64,000 nucleotides of DNA from Calditrichia bacterium (GTDB taxonomy: Bacteria > Calditrichota > Calditrichia > RBG-13-44-9 > J075): assembly GCA_050633245.1 (NCBI GenBank), contig JBOEGD010000010.1, forward strand, positions 32,001 through 96,000, in the 5' to 3' direction. The notes under the pieces were generated by a model. That model was not told the origin of the DNA. It did no database searches and saw only the letters and a program-made list of their open reading frames with translations. This document shows positions 52,001 through 61,670 of the stretch, one piece after another. The translations under genes were made by a program, and so were the position numbers. How positions within the stretch are numbered: position 1 is the first letter of the stretch; each line of letters starts with the position of its first letter.

Positions 52001-52046
52001 CCGCAATGAAAATGGTTCCCGAAGTAAGAGAGCTTTTCAAGTTCAT
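48969..52046 (-). CDS. Membrane sensor histidine kinase with CHASE-like and two PAS domains
   Basis: Multi-TM N-terminus, extracytoplasmic domain, PAS (IHPND), FSYSVSHDLRAPLR and GTGVGL. Confidence 0.9.
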   Translation of the reverse strand: MNLKSSLTSGTIFIAGLCAVLLGLLVMLGWHLHLEALVQVLPMYAPMQYNTALCIFLSGLALLAILFGRKKIVFVCAVLPLLAGILTIIEYVVGINFGIDELFIQHDIMVRTSDSGRMAPNTAFCFVLTGVSLLLLLKSESTNRKSFIVSILSALIISFSAVALFGYIISTESTYGWGEATRMAFHTAAGFAIIGSGLLACLWRKELLSEDPNFYWLPLPAGIAILTVALCLSYALIVQENVRINDVLQVEADKVNNTTSAIFNSSVLALKRMSDRWLKQDIKKPSFFQEDAENYVNQFPQMEALAWLDKSTQLRWLVTEHEGPTAVESLLHSNRNIFKPLESEELESKVYLSDFLELESGKECFLVYIPLKTTGGRFDGFLTGVYRLDVLLDYAQGENFGNSFLISIVKNNRTIYSSAKSNRVEHFAQKTELTLFNRIWNMRLYPTPDFIAGKETALPRLSLFFGLLTTVLLMTSTRLSQTAKRQAIQLKELNAVLKSRVVEKNAELKQSELFWHTVFESVSEVIMVVNEKAEILLVNKAADGYDSNALLNSSIYEHVEKENADIIRESLEKTFQTRQPTRYAINTKNPQGKKLSYSCSVNPILTNEKVEKVVIIASDVTERARAAEKLSFQEHLYRTLIETIPHIVWLADKAGKVTFLNSAWYKLTNRDKRASLGIGWKDHIHPNDIEEFMNKREQASREGKSYYGECRFLTSNGEYRIYDYAGTPVLNPEGNITNWVGMYVDVTEKKHAEAQIFKLNEELEDRVKERTSQLEASNRELEAFSYSVSHDLRAPLRHMNGFMEALRERIEETLDEDSTRFMKLVMDAGNRMGKLIDDLLAFSRMGRTEFSRQMVNLEQLVSEVRNELIPEIAGRYIVWHVHPLPNVVGDRAMLKQVIVNLLSNAVKYSGGREEAVIEVGELQQDEYRTDDQKEDEAIIFVKDNGAGFDMAYVDKLFGLFQRLHRDDEFEGTGVGLASSKRIILRHGGRIWAEGAVNQGTTFYFSLPNKKEGVTSGNVTEAHPVG

Positions 52047-52253
52047 CTGAAAACCTAATCAGTAGTTCTGTTAAGCAAGCGTTGTCGTTTTCAATATGAT
52101 CGGCAATAATACAGTTTTTATGAATTTAATCGATAAAAAATGAGGCTACAGTTACTGGACAATTTTGCACTTCTGGTCCCAAAAACAGCAGCCATTTTTA
52201 ATGTCGAATTCATTTTCCCATGCATTCCTTAGAAAAAACCCTTACCTTCTGTC

Positions 52254-52595
52254 ATGGACTGTTTATTTTGCAAAATTATCGATGGTGCCATTCCGGCACA
52301 AAAGGTTTACGAAGATGATGATGTTCTGGCATTTCTGGACATTAACCCCGTTGCTCCCGAGCATATTCTGGTTATACCTAAAAAACATATCTCCGGTGTT
52401 GGCGAGCTAACTGCCGCAGAGGCCCCGCTTATGGGCAAGGTTATCCACGTTGCAACCCAGGTTGCAGAAGAACGCGGCATGAAAGAAACGGGCTATCGCC
52501 TCGTCATAAATAATGGACGGGACGGTCTGCAAACCGTGTTTCATGTTCATGTTCACGTACTGGGTAAACGACGAATGTCCTGGCCTCCGGGTTAG
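52254..52595 (+). CDS. hinT: Histidine triad nucleotide-binding protein
   Basis: CLFCKI, HVHVH and WPPG. Confidence 0.93.
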   Translation: MDCLFCKIIDGAIPAQKVYEDDDVLAFLDINPVAPEHILVIPKKHISGVGELTAAEAPLMGKVIHVATQVAEERGMKETGYRLVINNGRDGLQTVFHVHVHVLGKRRMSWPPG

Positions 52596-52606
52596 ACTGA
52601 TAACGA

Positions 52607-53008
52607 ATGATGGCTGACATGAAAAAATTGATTGTTATTGGTGATCGTATACTGATAAAACCAAACGACGCCGAAGAAAAAACAGAAGTGGGGCTTATAC
52701 TTCCTCAAACTGTTCGCGATCGGGATGACGTGATGCGCGGTGAAATAATCAAAACCGGTCCCGGTTTACCAATGCCAGATCCATCCGGTACAGATGAACC
52801 GTGGCAATCCGGCTTTGGCCCGGCCCGACGCTATGTGCCAATGGAGGCAAGGGTTGGTGATCATGTACTTTTCCTGCGAAAGGCGGCTGTTGAGATTAAA
52901 TTTGAGAGCGAGAAATATCTCATAGCTCCTCAAAGTGCAATTTTGCTGTTGGTTCGGGAAGATCGCCCTCCTCTCGAGCAAGGCGATGCCCCTCTTGACT
53001 TCGACTAA
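52607..53008 (+). CDS. groES: Co-chaperonin GroES family protein (orphan)
   Basis: GDRILIKP, EEKT..GLILP, GPG and VGD.V; no groEL adjacent. Confidence 0.8.
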   Translation: MMADMKKLIVIGDRILIKPNDAEEKTEVGLILPQTVRDRDDVMRGEIIKTGPGLPMPDPSGTDEPWQSGFGPARRYVPMEARVGDHVLFLRKAAVEIKFESEKYLIAPQSAILLLVREDRPPLEQGDAPLDFD

Positions 53009-53025
53009 CCTTTCCTTCATTTCCG

Positions 53026-55119
53026 ATGAGAAATAACATTTCACGACGCTTCGCAGTGCGCTTACTGCGCCTGCAGCGCACCGTTAACAGAAAGACTGCA
53101 TCCCTTTTTGTTCAGTTTCGCAGAGCAGAACACATCTTTATGGTTACCTCGGCAATAATTATTGGCGTAGTGGGAGCCTTTGCTGCAATTGTCTTTCGTC
53201 ATATTCTCAATCTCTTTCAATCTTTTTACTTTTCACCATCAAACTCCCCCATCTATACGCTTCAGTCGCTGGAATGGTGGCAGAAACTTCTGGTGCCTGC
53301 ATTAGGTGGCTTAATTGCAGGCCTTATTGCTCGCTATATTGCAAAGGAAGTAAGAGGCAGTGGCATCCCGGAGGTCATGGAAGCAGTGGCGGTGAAAGGT
53401 GGACGCATTCGCATTCGGGTTATTCTTGCAAAAGTACTTGCTGCCGCCAGCACAATTGCCAGCGGCGGATCGGCTGGACGTGAAGGCCCTATTGTTCAGA
53501 TCGGTTCAGCTATCGCATCCGGCTTTGGTCAGCTACTGGGTGTCGGAGCAAAAAGACTGCGCACATTCGTTGCGTGTGGAGCAGCCTCAGCTATTGCTGC
53601 CACTTTCAATGCACCTATTGCCGGTGCGCTTTTCGCTATGGAGATTGTCATTGGCAACTTTGCAGTAACACAGTTTAGTCCGGTAGTAATTTCTTCTGTT
53701 GTTGCAACAGTGCTATCCCGACATTATTTGGGAAACTCTCCTGCATTCGAGATCCCGGCCTATGAAATTATCAGCAGCTATGAGTTTATTCCCTACACCA
53801 TTTTGGGAATATTGGCAGGGATAACCGCTGTCGCGTTTATCAAATCTCTTGAAAAAAGTGGAGAGCTATTTTCGACTATTCCACTGCCCGCTTGGGCAAG
53901 ACCAGCCTTGGGCGGTTTTCTGACAGGAGTCGTTGCACTATTTTTACCGCAGGTGTTCGGCGTTGGCTATGACGTAATTACCAATGCCCTTTGGAGCGAG
54001 GGGTATCTTGTCTTGCTGATATTATTGATCCCTGCAAAAATAATTGCGACATCTTTCACCCTGGGTTCTGGTGGATCGGGCGGTATATTTGCTCCTGCTC
54101 TTTTTATCGGCGCCATGCTTGGCTGCGCAGTTGGTATTCAGGCAAATGCGGTACATCCGACACTCACTGCTGATCCCGGTGCGTATGCACTGGTTGGTAT
54201 GGGAGCTCTCGTTGCCGGTGCAACTCATGCGCCTGTAAGCGCCATTCTTATTATCTTCGAATTAACGAATGACTATCATATTATCCCACCTCTTATGGTA
54301 AGCTGCATTCTATCGTTGCTTATTAGCGTGTATCTGAAAAAGGAATCTGTTTATACGTATCGCTTACAGCAAAAAGGCTTGAACATTTTTGAGGGTAAAG
54401 ATATCAATTTGCTACGCTCTCTAACAGTGTCTGATGTACTGGGAACCGATATTGAGAAGCTTCCGGGTAACTCATCTTTCCCCGAGCTAATTAGACGCCT
54501 GATACAAAGCCCACATCAGGAATTTTTTGTTGTGGACTCGCAAGACGAGATGATCGGTGTTATTTCAGTAGTCGAACTAAAGCAGTTCCTAAAGCAGGAA
54601 GAGCAACTCAGCGGGTTGGTTATTGCAGCAGATCTTGCGCACCCGCCACCAGCCTATTTGTATTTGGACGACAGTCTTGACCTCGTCATGCACAATTTCG
54701 GCCGTTTTAATGTAGATGAGCTGCCGGTATTAGAGAGTCATTCCTGTCGGCGGCTGGCAGGATCCGTTCAGCGTCAGCACGTTATTGATGCCTACAACCG
54801 TGAGATTTTTAAGTGGGACCTTGCAGGCGGCATGCACAGCGTAGTAACTGCAGTTAGTGAAGATCGCATGATTGAATTGGATGAGGGCTATAGCATGATG
54901 GAAATTGACCCGCCTGATGGCTTTGTCGGCAAAACCTTAAAAACGTTGAACGTTCGATCGCGCTATGGCATTGAGGTTATTCTAATCCGCACGGCTGTTA
55001 GAAGCGACTCCAGCCTGCCCAGCCGACCCGGAATGATGCCAAATCCGGACTATGTTATTCAATCCGGCGACCGGCTGCTTGTTATGGGGAGTAAAAAGAG
55101 TTTGGAGTATTTGAAGTAA
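53026..55119 (+). CDS. ClC chloride channel/transporter with CBS pair and TrkA-C domain
   Basis: GSGIPE, GREGP and GIFAP; CBS domains; C-terminal VGKTL..L..R..YG and GDRLLVMG. Confidence 0.92.
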   Translation: MRNNISRRFAVRLLRLQRTVNRKTASLFVQFRRAEHIFMVTSAIIIGVVGAFAAIVFRHILNLFQSFYFSPSNSPIYTLQSLEWWQKLLVPALGGLIAGLIARYIAKEVRGSGIPEVMEAVAVKGGRIRIRVILAKVLAAASTIASGGSAGREGPIVQIGSAIASGFGQLLGVGAKRLRTFVACGAASAIAATFNAPIAGALFAMEIVIGNFAVTQFSPVVISSVVATVLSRHYLGNSPAFEIPAYEIISSYEFIPYTILGILAGITAVAFIKSLEKSGELFSTIPLPAWARPALGGFLTGVVALFLPQVFGVGYDVITNALWSEGYLVLLILLIPAKIIATSFTLGSGGSGGIFAPALFIGAMLGCAVGIQANAVHPTLTADPGAYALVGMGALVAGATHAPVSAILIIFELTNDYHIIPPLMVSCILSLLISVYLKKESVYTYRLQQKGLNIFEGKDINLLRSLTVSDVLGTDIEKLPGNSSFPELIRRLIQSPHQEFFVVDSQDEMIGVISVVELKQFLKQEEQLSGLVIAADLAHPPPAYLYLDDSLDLVMHNFGRFNVDELPVLESHSCRRLAGSVQRQHVIDAYNREIFKWDLAGGMHSVVTAVSEDRMIELDEGYSMMEIDPPDGFVGKTLKTLNVRSRYGIEVILIRTAVRSDSSLPSRPGMMPNPDYVIQSGDRLLVMGSKKSLEYLK

Positions 55120-55125
55120 TTGCGG

Positions 55126-55173
55126 AACGCAAATGGTAGAGATGCAATGCATTGCGTCTCTACCATTTGCGTT
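55126..55173. repeat. 48-bp near-perfect palindrome containing a GTAG-type REP
   Basis: AACGCAAATGGTAGAGATGCAAT-GC-ATTGCGTCTCTACCATTTGCGTT, one mismatch, between convergent genes. Confidence 0.75.
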
Positions 55174-56455
55174 AATGATGATCCACCGTATGTCCCTGCA
55201 GCCAACGCAGCGTCACTGATTTTGGACGGATAAGAGGACTGTAAATAGCGCGGTTAATAACCAGCTGAGCACAGATACCCAGGATTTGCGCACTGGAAAA
55301 CATTACGGTATAAAATTCCAATTCAGTCATTCCATAATGATAGAGCATGCTGCCGGAAACACCGTCAATATTCGGGTAAGGATTCTTTGCCTTTCCTTGC
55401 TTAATAAGCAGCGGGGGAACCACCCGTTGCAACGCATCCACTACGGCAAACATTTCACCATTCGGAAAGACCTGTTTGCCAAATTCATACATCGCCACAA
55501 ATCGCGGATCTGCTTCACGCAATACGGCATGTCCAAAGCCCGGAATCACACGACGCTCATCCAAATGCTGTTGAATATAGGAACTCAGCGCATCGTCATC
55601 AGGTACACCATTAAATTTCTTATAGATAGCCATGCAAAACTTCAGGCATTCCTGATTTGCCAGTCCATGAAGCGGCCCCGCCAAACAATTCATTCCACCA
55701 GAAATGCTATAGTAGAGATCAGACAAAGATGAGTTTACCACTCTACTGGCCAGCACGCTGGCATTCGCGCCTTCATGATCGCTATGCACCACCACAAATT
55801 GTCGTATAAAAGATTCAAACGTCTCGTTGTGCTGTCCTAATCCCAACATATGTGCAAAGTTTTCTGAAAAGCCCAGTTTCGGATCTGTTGCAATTTTATC
55901 CTGTTTTTGCAGTTTAGAGCGAAAGATGCCCGCAGCAATCACTGGCAGTCGTGCCAGAATAGTCAGCGCATCCTCAAGCGTTGCATCCCAATATGCGTCG
56001 CGGGCCATTCCCTCGCGATAGCGCTTTACAAAAACAGATTCGCGCTGCATTGCCAACGTAGCCATGCTTAATAGGGTCATCGGATGCGAGTTATCGGGCA
56101 TGGCGTCAATCATTTGCCACACGTAATTCGGAACGTCCCTTCGCGATGTAATATCTTCGCGTAAATGCTCCAGCGTCCCGGCATCCGGGAATTCACCGGT
56201 GCAGAGTAGATAAAATATCTCCTCCCCAGAGCGATCAACAATATCCAGCACGGGTATGCCGCGAATAAAAAGGCCCTCACGCGCATCAACATAGGAGGTA
56301 TCGCAAAGAACCGCATTCACTCCACGCAATCCCTTTATAAGCTGCCCGACCGTCACTTCAGAAACCACAGCATCATGGTGATCTGTCAGCATCTGCTGCA
56401 CGTCTTTTCGCCACTTTGGAACCAGCTCGGAGAATCTTTTCTTTAACGTTTTCAT
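55172..56455 (-). CDS. gltA: Citrate (Si)-synthase, eukaryotic type
   Basis: HSDHEGAN, LAGPLHGLANQE, PGFGHAVLR and PNID. Start at MKTLKK. Confidence 0.9.
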   Translation of the reverse strand: MKTLKKRFSELVPKWRKDVQQMLTDHHDAVVSEVTVGQLIKGLRGVNAVLCDTSYVDAREGLFIRGIPVLDIVDRSGEEIFYLLCTGEFPDAGTLEHLREDITSRRDVPNYVWQMIDAMPDNSHPMTLLSMATLAMQRESVFVKRYREGMARDAYWDATLEDALTILARLPVIAAGIFRSKLQKQDKIATDPKLGFSENFAHMLGLGQHNETFESFIRQFVVVHSDHEGANASVLASRVVNSSLSDLYYSISGGMNCLAGPLHGLANQECLKFCMAIYKKFNGVPDDDALSSYIQQHLDERRVIPGFGHAVLREADPRFVAMYEFGKQVFPNGEMFAVVDALQRVVPPLLIKQGKAKNPYPNIDGVSGSMLYHYGMTELEFYTVMFSSAQILGICAQLVINRAIYSPLIRPKSVTLRWLQGHTVDHH

Positions 56456-56510
56456 TTGGTTTCTGCTGTATAGTCTGAGTTTTCTGTAATTTAGGCAATT
56501 TGGCAATTAG

Positions 56511-56578
56511 GTCGTTCGCTGTTCAGTTCACCATTCGCCGTTCGCCGTTCGCCGTTCGCCGTTCGCCATTCACCAAAC
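56511..56578. repeat. Heptamer tandem array (GCCGTTC)n
   Basis: gtcgttc gctgttc agttc accattc (gccgttc)x4 gccattc accaaac. Confidence 0.85.
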
Positions 56579-56685
56579 TACTTTCGTGCGCCAGCCGTTT
56601 CAATGGATAAATAAAATAGTATCGGCGTCACAGCTATCGAGTATCAACAAAAAGTCACTTTTTTTACCGAATCACAAAACAACTC

Positions 56686-56715
56686 TTGAAATTAATAGTC
56701 TGGTTGTTATATAAT
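56686..56715 (+). promoter_or_regulatory. Sigma70-type promoter of the prkA operon
   Basis: TTGAAA-N18-TATAAT. Confidence 0.6.
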
Positions 56716-56720
56716 GAATT

Positions 56721-56836
56721 AGGTGTAGCAAGACAATTGTTCACCTGCTCTGATCATTGACAGGCATGTAATTACCGTTTTAACCCTTAATACGGTTTTG
56801 CTCTCCCACTACTGAGCGCGGATTCTTTGCACACAC
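56721..56836 (+). ncRNA. Candidate structured leader RNA (four-way junction)
   Basis: By-eye pairing gives a closing stem plus three hairpins, starting at the predicted TSS. No known family recognised. Confidence 0.35.
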
Positions 56837-56965
56837 TCCTATTCTACCGAAACCTCTTCTCCTGTATTACCTATTCTTTGTTGTATAAATCATGGATGAT
56901 TACTCAATACTTGGAACCGGATTTCCTATTCCAAAGTGATACTAATATCTAACGGGAGACGAATT

Positions 56966-59026
56966 ATGGCCACAACCAAGCAGTTATTAGATTCAATACA
57001 AAAGAAATACTTCGACAAGGAGTTCCAATCACTTACCTGGAACGGCACCTTCGAAGAGTATCTCGAAATCGTTAAAAAGAATACCAGCGTTACCCGCAGT
57101 GCCTATCAACGCCTCTACGATATGATTCTGTCTTATGGGACGGAAGAATATGAAGACTCGCGTAAAAAAATGACTCACTATCACTTTTTCGATGATCCAA
57201 TCGAAGATGGCAAAGATGCCGTCTTTGGTCTCGATGTATATTTGATGAAGCTAATGAATAGCCTGAAGTCGGCGGCCTATCGCTATGGAACCGAACGCCG
57301 CGTTTTACTTCTTCACGGGCCGGTTGGAAGCTCAAAGAGTACCATCGCCCGGTTAATCAAAAAAGGTATGGAGCATTATTCTCGTACAAATGAAGGCGCT
57401 ATTTACTCCTTCGAGTGGCTGGACGTACCGAAGTTTTTTTCCGATCCGGATAATTCACCGCGCGAGACGGTGCCCTGCCCGATGCATGAAGAACCACTTA
57501 ATTTTATTCCGATAGGATTCCGCAGCGAGTTTCTAAATGACTTACTCGGCGATGCCAGCGAAGATGTGGTTATTGAAGGGAGCCTCTGTCCCAGCTGCCG
57601 CCAAATCTACCGAGACATGGTTACACTACACGACGGCGATTGGAGAAAAGTGCTGTCGCATATAAAAGTGAAACGCATCCTTTTATCAGAAAAAGATCGC
57701 GTTGGAATAGGAACCTTCCAGCCAAAAGATGAAAAAAATCAAGACTCGACTGAGCTAACCGGCGACATTAACTATCGTAAAATTGCAGAGTATGGCTCCG
57801 ATTCGGATCCTCGTGCATTCAATTTTGACGGTGAATTCAACGTGGCCAATCGCGGCGTTATCGAGTTTATAGAGATGCTGAAGTTGGACGTTGCCTTTCT
57901 ATACGACTTGCTAAGCGCCAGCCAGGAACATAAGATTAAGCCGAAGAAATTTCCGCAAACCGATATTGATGAAGTTATTATTGGCCACACCAACGAACCG
58001 GAATACCGTAAGCTGCAGAACAATGAGTTCATGGAAGCCCTGCGAGATCGCACCGTAAAAATCGATATCCCCTACATCACCAAGCTGTCTGAGGAAATCA
58101 AGATCTATCGTAAAGACTACAACAATAGTAAGATTCGCGGGAAATCTATTGCACCACATACCATCGAGATGGCGGCTATGTGGGCTGTTTTGACCCGGCT
58201 GGAGGAACCCAAGAAGGCCAATCTGACACTGGTGCAAAAAATGAAGCTCTACGACGGAAAGCTGATGCCCGGTTACACAGAAGACAATGTGCGGGAGCTT
58301 CGCAAAGAGGCCATTCGCGAAGGCATGGAAGGTATCTCACCCCGCTATGTGCAGGACAAGATATCAAATGCCATCGTAAAATTTCCAAACGAGCCTACGG
58401 TGAATCCGTTCATGGTTCTTAACGAACTGGAGAGCGGTCTCAACCATCATAGTTTAATGACCGATGAGGATCGCAAAAAACGCTATCGCGAAATCATCCA
58501 GGTTGTAAAGAAAGAATATACCGAGATCGTAAAAAATGAAGTTCAGCGCGCCATCAGTGCCGATGAGGACGGTATTAAACGTCTCTTCGCCAATTACATC
58601 GACAACGTAAAGGCCTACGTTCAGAAAGAAAAAGTAAAGAACAAGTATACCGGTGAAGACGAAGAGCCAAACGCCAAGCTGATGCGCTCTATCGAGGAAA
58701 AGATTGATATCCCGGAAAGCCGTATGGATGACTTCCGACGCGAGATTATGAATTACATCGGTGCCCTTTCGCTTGAAGGGAAAAAATTCGACTGGCGCAG
58801 TAATGATCGTCTGGCCAAAGCACTTGAGCTAAAACTCTTCGAAGATCAAAAGGATTCCATCAAACTATCCTCGTTGGTTTCGCAGGTGATGGACAAGGAC
58901 ACGCAGGAGAAAATCGAAGTCGTAAAGTCCCGCTTAATTAAAGATTTTGGCTACGATGAGCACAGCGCAACAGACGTATTAAACTATGTAGCAAGCATCT
59001 TTGCACGCGGAGATATTCAGGACTAA
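56966..59026 (+). CDS. prkA: PrkA/YeaG family AAA+ serine protein kinase
   Basis: [35 protein letters not shown] and G.SPR. GGGAG RBS before ATG 56966. Confidence 0.93.
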   Translation: MATTKQLLDSIQKKYFDKEFQSLTWNGTFEEYLEIVKKNTSVTRSAYQRLYDMILSYGTEEYEDSRKKMTHYHFFDDPIEDGKDAVFGLDVYLMKLMNSLKSAAYRYGTERRVLLLHGPVGSSKSTIARLIKKGMEHYSRTNEGAIYSFEWLDVPKFFSDPDNSPRETVPCPMHEEPLNFIPIGFRSEFLNDLLGDASEDVVIEGSLCPSCRQIYRDMVTLHDGDWRKVLSHIKVKRILLSEKDRVGIGTFQPKDEKNQDSTELTGDINYRKIAEYGSDSDPRAFNFDGEFNVANRGVIEFIEMLKLDVAFLYDLLSASQEHKIKPKKFPQTDIDEVIIGHTNEPEYRKLQNNEFMEALRDRTVKIDIPYITKLSEEIKIYRKDYNNSKIRGKSIAPHTIEMAAMWAVLTRLEEPKKANLTLVQKMKLYDGKLMPGYTEDNVRELRKEAIREGMEGISPRYVQDKISNAIVKFPNEPTVNPFMVLNELESGLNHHSLMTDEDRKKRYREIIQVVKKEYTEIVKNEVQRAISADEDGIKRLFANYIDNVKAYVQKEKVKNKYTGEDEEPNAKLMRSIEEKIDIPESRMDDFRREIMNYIGALSLEGKKFDWRSNDRLAKALELKLFEDQKDSIKLSSLVSQVMDKDTQEKIEVVKSRLIKDFGYDEHSATDVLNYVASIFARGDIQD

Positions 59027-59048
59027 TCAGGCGAAAAACGAGGACATT

Positions 59049-60155
59049 ATGTTACTTCATATAGAAAACGATCACAATCGCTTTCGCCAGATTATTAAGG
59101 GAAAGATTAAGGGTAATCTGCGAAAGTATATCTCTAATGGTGAGATGATCGGCAGGCAAGGCAAGGAGTTGGTTAGCATTCCTCTGCCACAAATTGATAC
59201 GCCGAAGTTTCGCTTTGGAGACAATGGACGTGGCGGCGCAGCGGAGGGCAAGGGAGAGCCCGGCACACCCGTAAGCGGTCAGGATGGCGAAGAAGGGCAA
59301 GGACAGGCAGGTAATCAACCGGGACAGCATCTGCGAGAAGTAGAACTGACCATGGAAGAACTCGCCGAAATTCTCGGTGAAGAGCTGGAGCTGCCCAACA
59401 TTGAACCACGCGGTAAAAAAGAGATCCAATCAGAAAAAGATAAGTATACCGGCATTAGCAAAGTAGGGCCGGAATCGCTCCGGCATTTTAAGCGCACCTT
59501 TCGCGAGGCGCTGAAGCGTCAAATAATTACCGGTCAATTTAATATCGAGCGCCCGCAGATCGTGCCGATTCGTGACGACTTCCGCTATCGCTCGTGGAAA
59601 ACAACAACGCTGCCGCAAAGCAACGCCGTTATTATCTATATGATGGATGTCTCAGGCTCTATGTGGGACGATCAGAAGCAGATTGTGCGGCTGGAAACGT
59701 TTTGGCTGGACACCTGGCTCAATTATCAATACAAGGGATTACAAACTCGCTACATCGTGCACGACGCTCAGGCTGCGGAAGTTGATCGCGATACATTTTT
59801 TACCATTCGCGAAAACGGCGGCACCGTTATTTCCTCAGCATACGAATTGTGTAATAAAATTATCGAAGAAGACTATCCCGTTGAAGAGTGGAATATCTAC
59901 TGTTTCCATTTTTCCGACGGTGACAACTGGTCTCGCGAAGACAATAAGACCTGTGCAGAAGTCCTGCAGAGTAAGTTACTACCGAAGTGCAATCTATTTG
60001 GCTACGGTCAGGTAGAAAGCACCTACGGCAGCGGTGAATTCATCGATTTTCTGGAAGGGAATATCGAAGACAAGGACAATGTAGTGCTCTCCTATATTCC
60101 GGACAAGGATGCCATCTACGATTCAATAAAAGAATTTTTGGGGAAGGGAAAATGA
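59049..60155 (+). CDS. yeaH: YeaH/YhbH (DUF444) vWA-like protein
   Basis: [17 protein letters not shown] and HFSDGDNW; G-rich linker. GAGG RBS before ATG 59049. Confidence 0.92.
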   Translation: MLLHIENDHNRFRQIIKGKIKGNLRKYISNGEMIGRQGKELVSIPLPQIDTPKFRFGDNGRGGAAEGKGEPGTPVSGQDGEEGQGQAGNQPGQHLREVELTMEELAEILGEELELPNIEPRGKKEIQSEKDKYTGISKVGPESLRHFKRTFREALKRQIITGQFNIERPQIVPIRDDFRYRSWKTTTLPQSNAVIIYMMDVSGSMWDDQKQIVRLETFWLDTWLNYQYKGLQTRYIVHDAQAAEVDRDTFFTIRENGGTVISSAYELCNKIIEEDYPVEEWNIYCFHFSDGDNWSREDNKTCAEVLQSKLLPKCNLFGYGQVESTYGSGEFIDFLEGNIEDKDNVVLSYIPDKDAIYDSIKEFLGKGK

Positions 60156-61639
60156 GCCAAAGCGCAACGCAGGAAGACATTCTCCGGATTCAACCCGGAA
60201 TCGAAAAGCTGGCCGCGGATTATGGGCTGGACTTTTTCCCGGTCATCTTCGAGATGGTTGACTGGGATACAATGAACCAACTCGCAGCCTACGGCGGCTT
60301 TCCGGTTCGCTATCCACACTGGCGCTTTGGAATGGAATACGATCAGCTCTCCAAAGGCTATCGCTATGGGCTGCAAAAAATTTACGAGATGGTTATCAAC
60401 ACCAATCCGTGTTATGCCTATCTCATGAAATCGAATCCGATGGTCGATCAAAAATTGGTTATGGCACATGTGTATGCTCACTGCGACTTCTTCAAAAACA
60501 ACTACTACTTCTCGCATACCAATCGCAAAATGATCGATGAGATGGCGAACCATGCTATCCGCATCAGACGCTATATAGATCAGTTCGGTTTAGAAACGGT
60601 TGAGAGTTTTGTTGACGTCTGTCTGTCTCTGGAAAATTTAATCGATTATCATTCACCCTATATTAAGCGCAAAAATGCAATGGAAGACAATGGCTCTCCA
60701 AAAGAAGTGCGCAAGTTGAAAAGCAAGCGCTACATGGAAAGCTACATTAATCCACCCGAATTCATTGAACATCAAAAAGAGCAGCTCGCCAGCCAGATTC
60801 AAACCGATTCGCGAGCGCTGCCGGCAAATCCACAGCGAGATGTGCTATTTTTTCTGATGGATAATGCTCCGCTTCAAGCCTGGCAGCACGACATACTTTC
60901 CATTATTCGGGAGGAAGCATACTATTTTGCCCCACAAGGCATGACGAAAATCATGAATGAAGGCTGGGCAACATATTGGCATTCCAAGATGATGACACGT
61001 CATATTCTGGAACCGTCTGAAGTTATCGATTATGCCGAACATCATTCCGGAACGATTGCCAATCATCAGGGACGCCTGAACCCCTATCGCATGGGGGTTT
61101 TTCTTTTTCAGAATATTGAAGAACGCTGGAATAAGGGGCAGTTTGGAAAGGACTATGAAGAGTGCCAGGATATTCGTGAAAAGCGTAACTGGAATCGCAA
61201 TACCAATCTTGGCATGGAAAAGATTTTTGAGGTTCGAAAGATCTACAATGACGTAACGTTTATCGATACTTTTTTAACAGAAGAATTTTGCCGGGAACAT
61301 GACATGTTCTCTTTTGCGTATAACAAAGGTAACAAACGCTACGAGATTCAGTCTCGAGAGTTCGACATGATCAAGCAGCAGCTTTTAAAGAGCCTGACAA
61401 ATATGGGTCAACCGATCATTGAGGTACAGGACGCGAACTATGAGAACCGTGGCGAACTTTTATTGACTCATACCTTTGAAGGGGTTGAAATTGATAAAAA
61501 ATATGTCGAAGATACATTACGAAATCTGCACGTGCTCTGGCAAAGGCCAGTGCATTTGCAATCCATGTTCGACGATAAGCCTGCGCTTCTAACGTATTCC
61601 GGCAAAGACTTTAAGCAAACGTGGATAACTTTTAACTGA
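60152..61639 (+). CDS. spoVR: SpoVR/YcgB family protein
   Basis: [39 protein letters not shown] and NPY. Confidence 0.94.
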   Translation: MSQSATQEDILRIQPGIEKLAADYGLDFFPVIFEMVDWDTMNQLAAYGGFPVRYPHWRFGMEYDQLSKGYRYGLQKIYEMVINTNPCYAYLMKSNPMVDQKLVMAHVYAHCDFFKNNYYFSHTNRKMIDEMANHAIRIRRYIDQFGLETVESFVDVCLSLENLIDYHSPYIKRKNAMEDNGSPKEVRKLKSKRYMESYINPPEFIEHQKEQLASQIQTDSRALPANPQRDVLFFLMDNAPLQAWQHDILSIIREEAYYFAPQGMTKIMNEGWATYWHSKMMTRHILEPSEVIDYAEHHSGTIANHQGRLNPYRMGVFLFQNIEERWNKGQFGKDYEECQDIREKRNWNRNTNLGMEKIFEVRKIYNDVTFIDTFLTEEFCREHDMFSFAYNKGNKRYEIQSREFDMIKQQLLKSLTNMGQPIIEVQDANYENRGELLLTHTFEGVEIDKKYVEDTLRNLHVLWQRPVHLQSMFDDKPALLTYSGKDFKQTWITFN

Positions 61640-61670
61640 TTTTTGCAATCGCGAAAGGGGAAACAAACGC

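Noticed and set aside
60152-61639. spoVR as evidence of sporulation
   Set aside because: The prkA-yeaH-spoVR triad is widespread in non-sporulating diderms.
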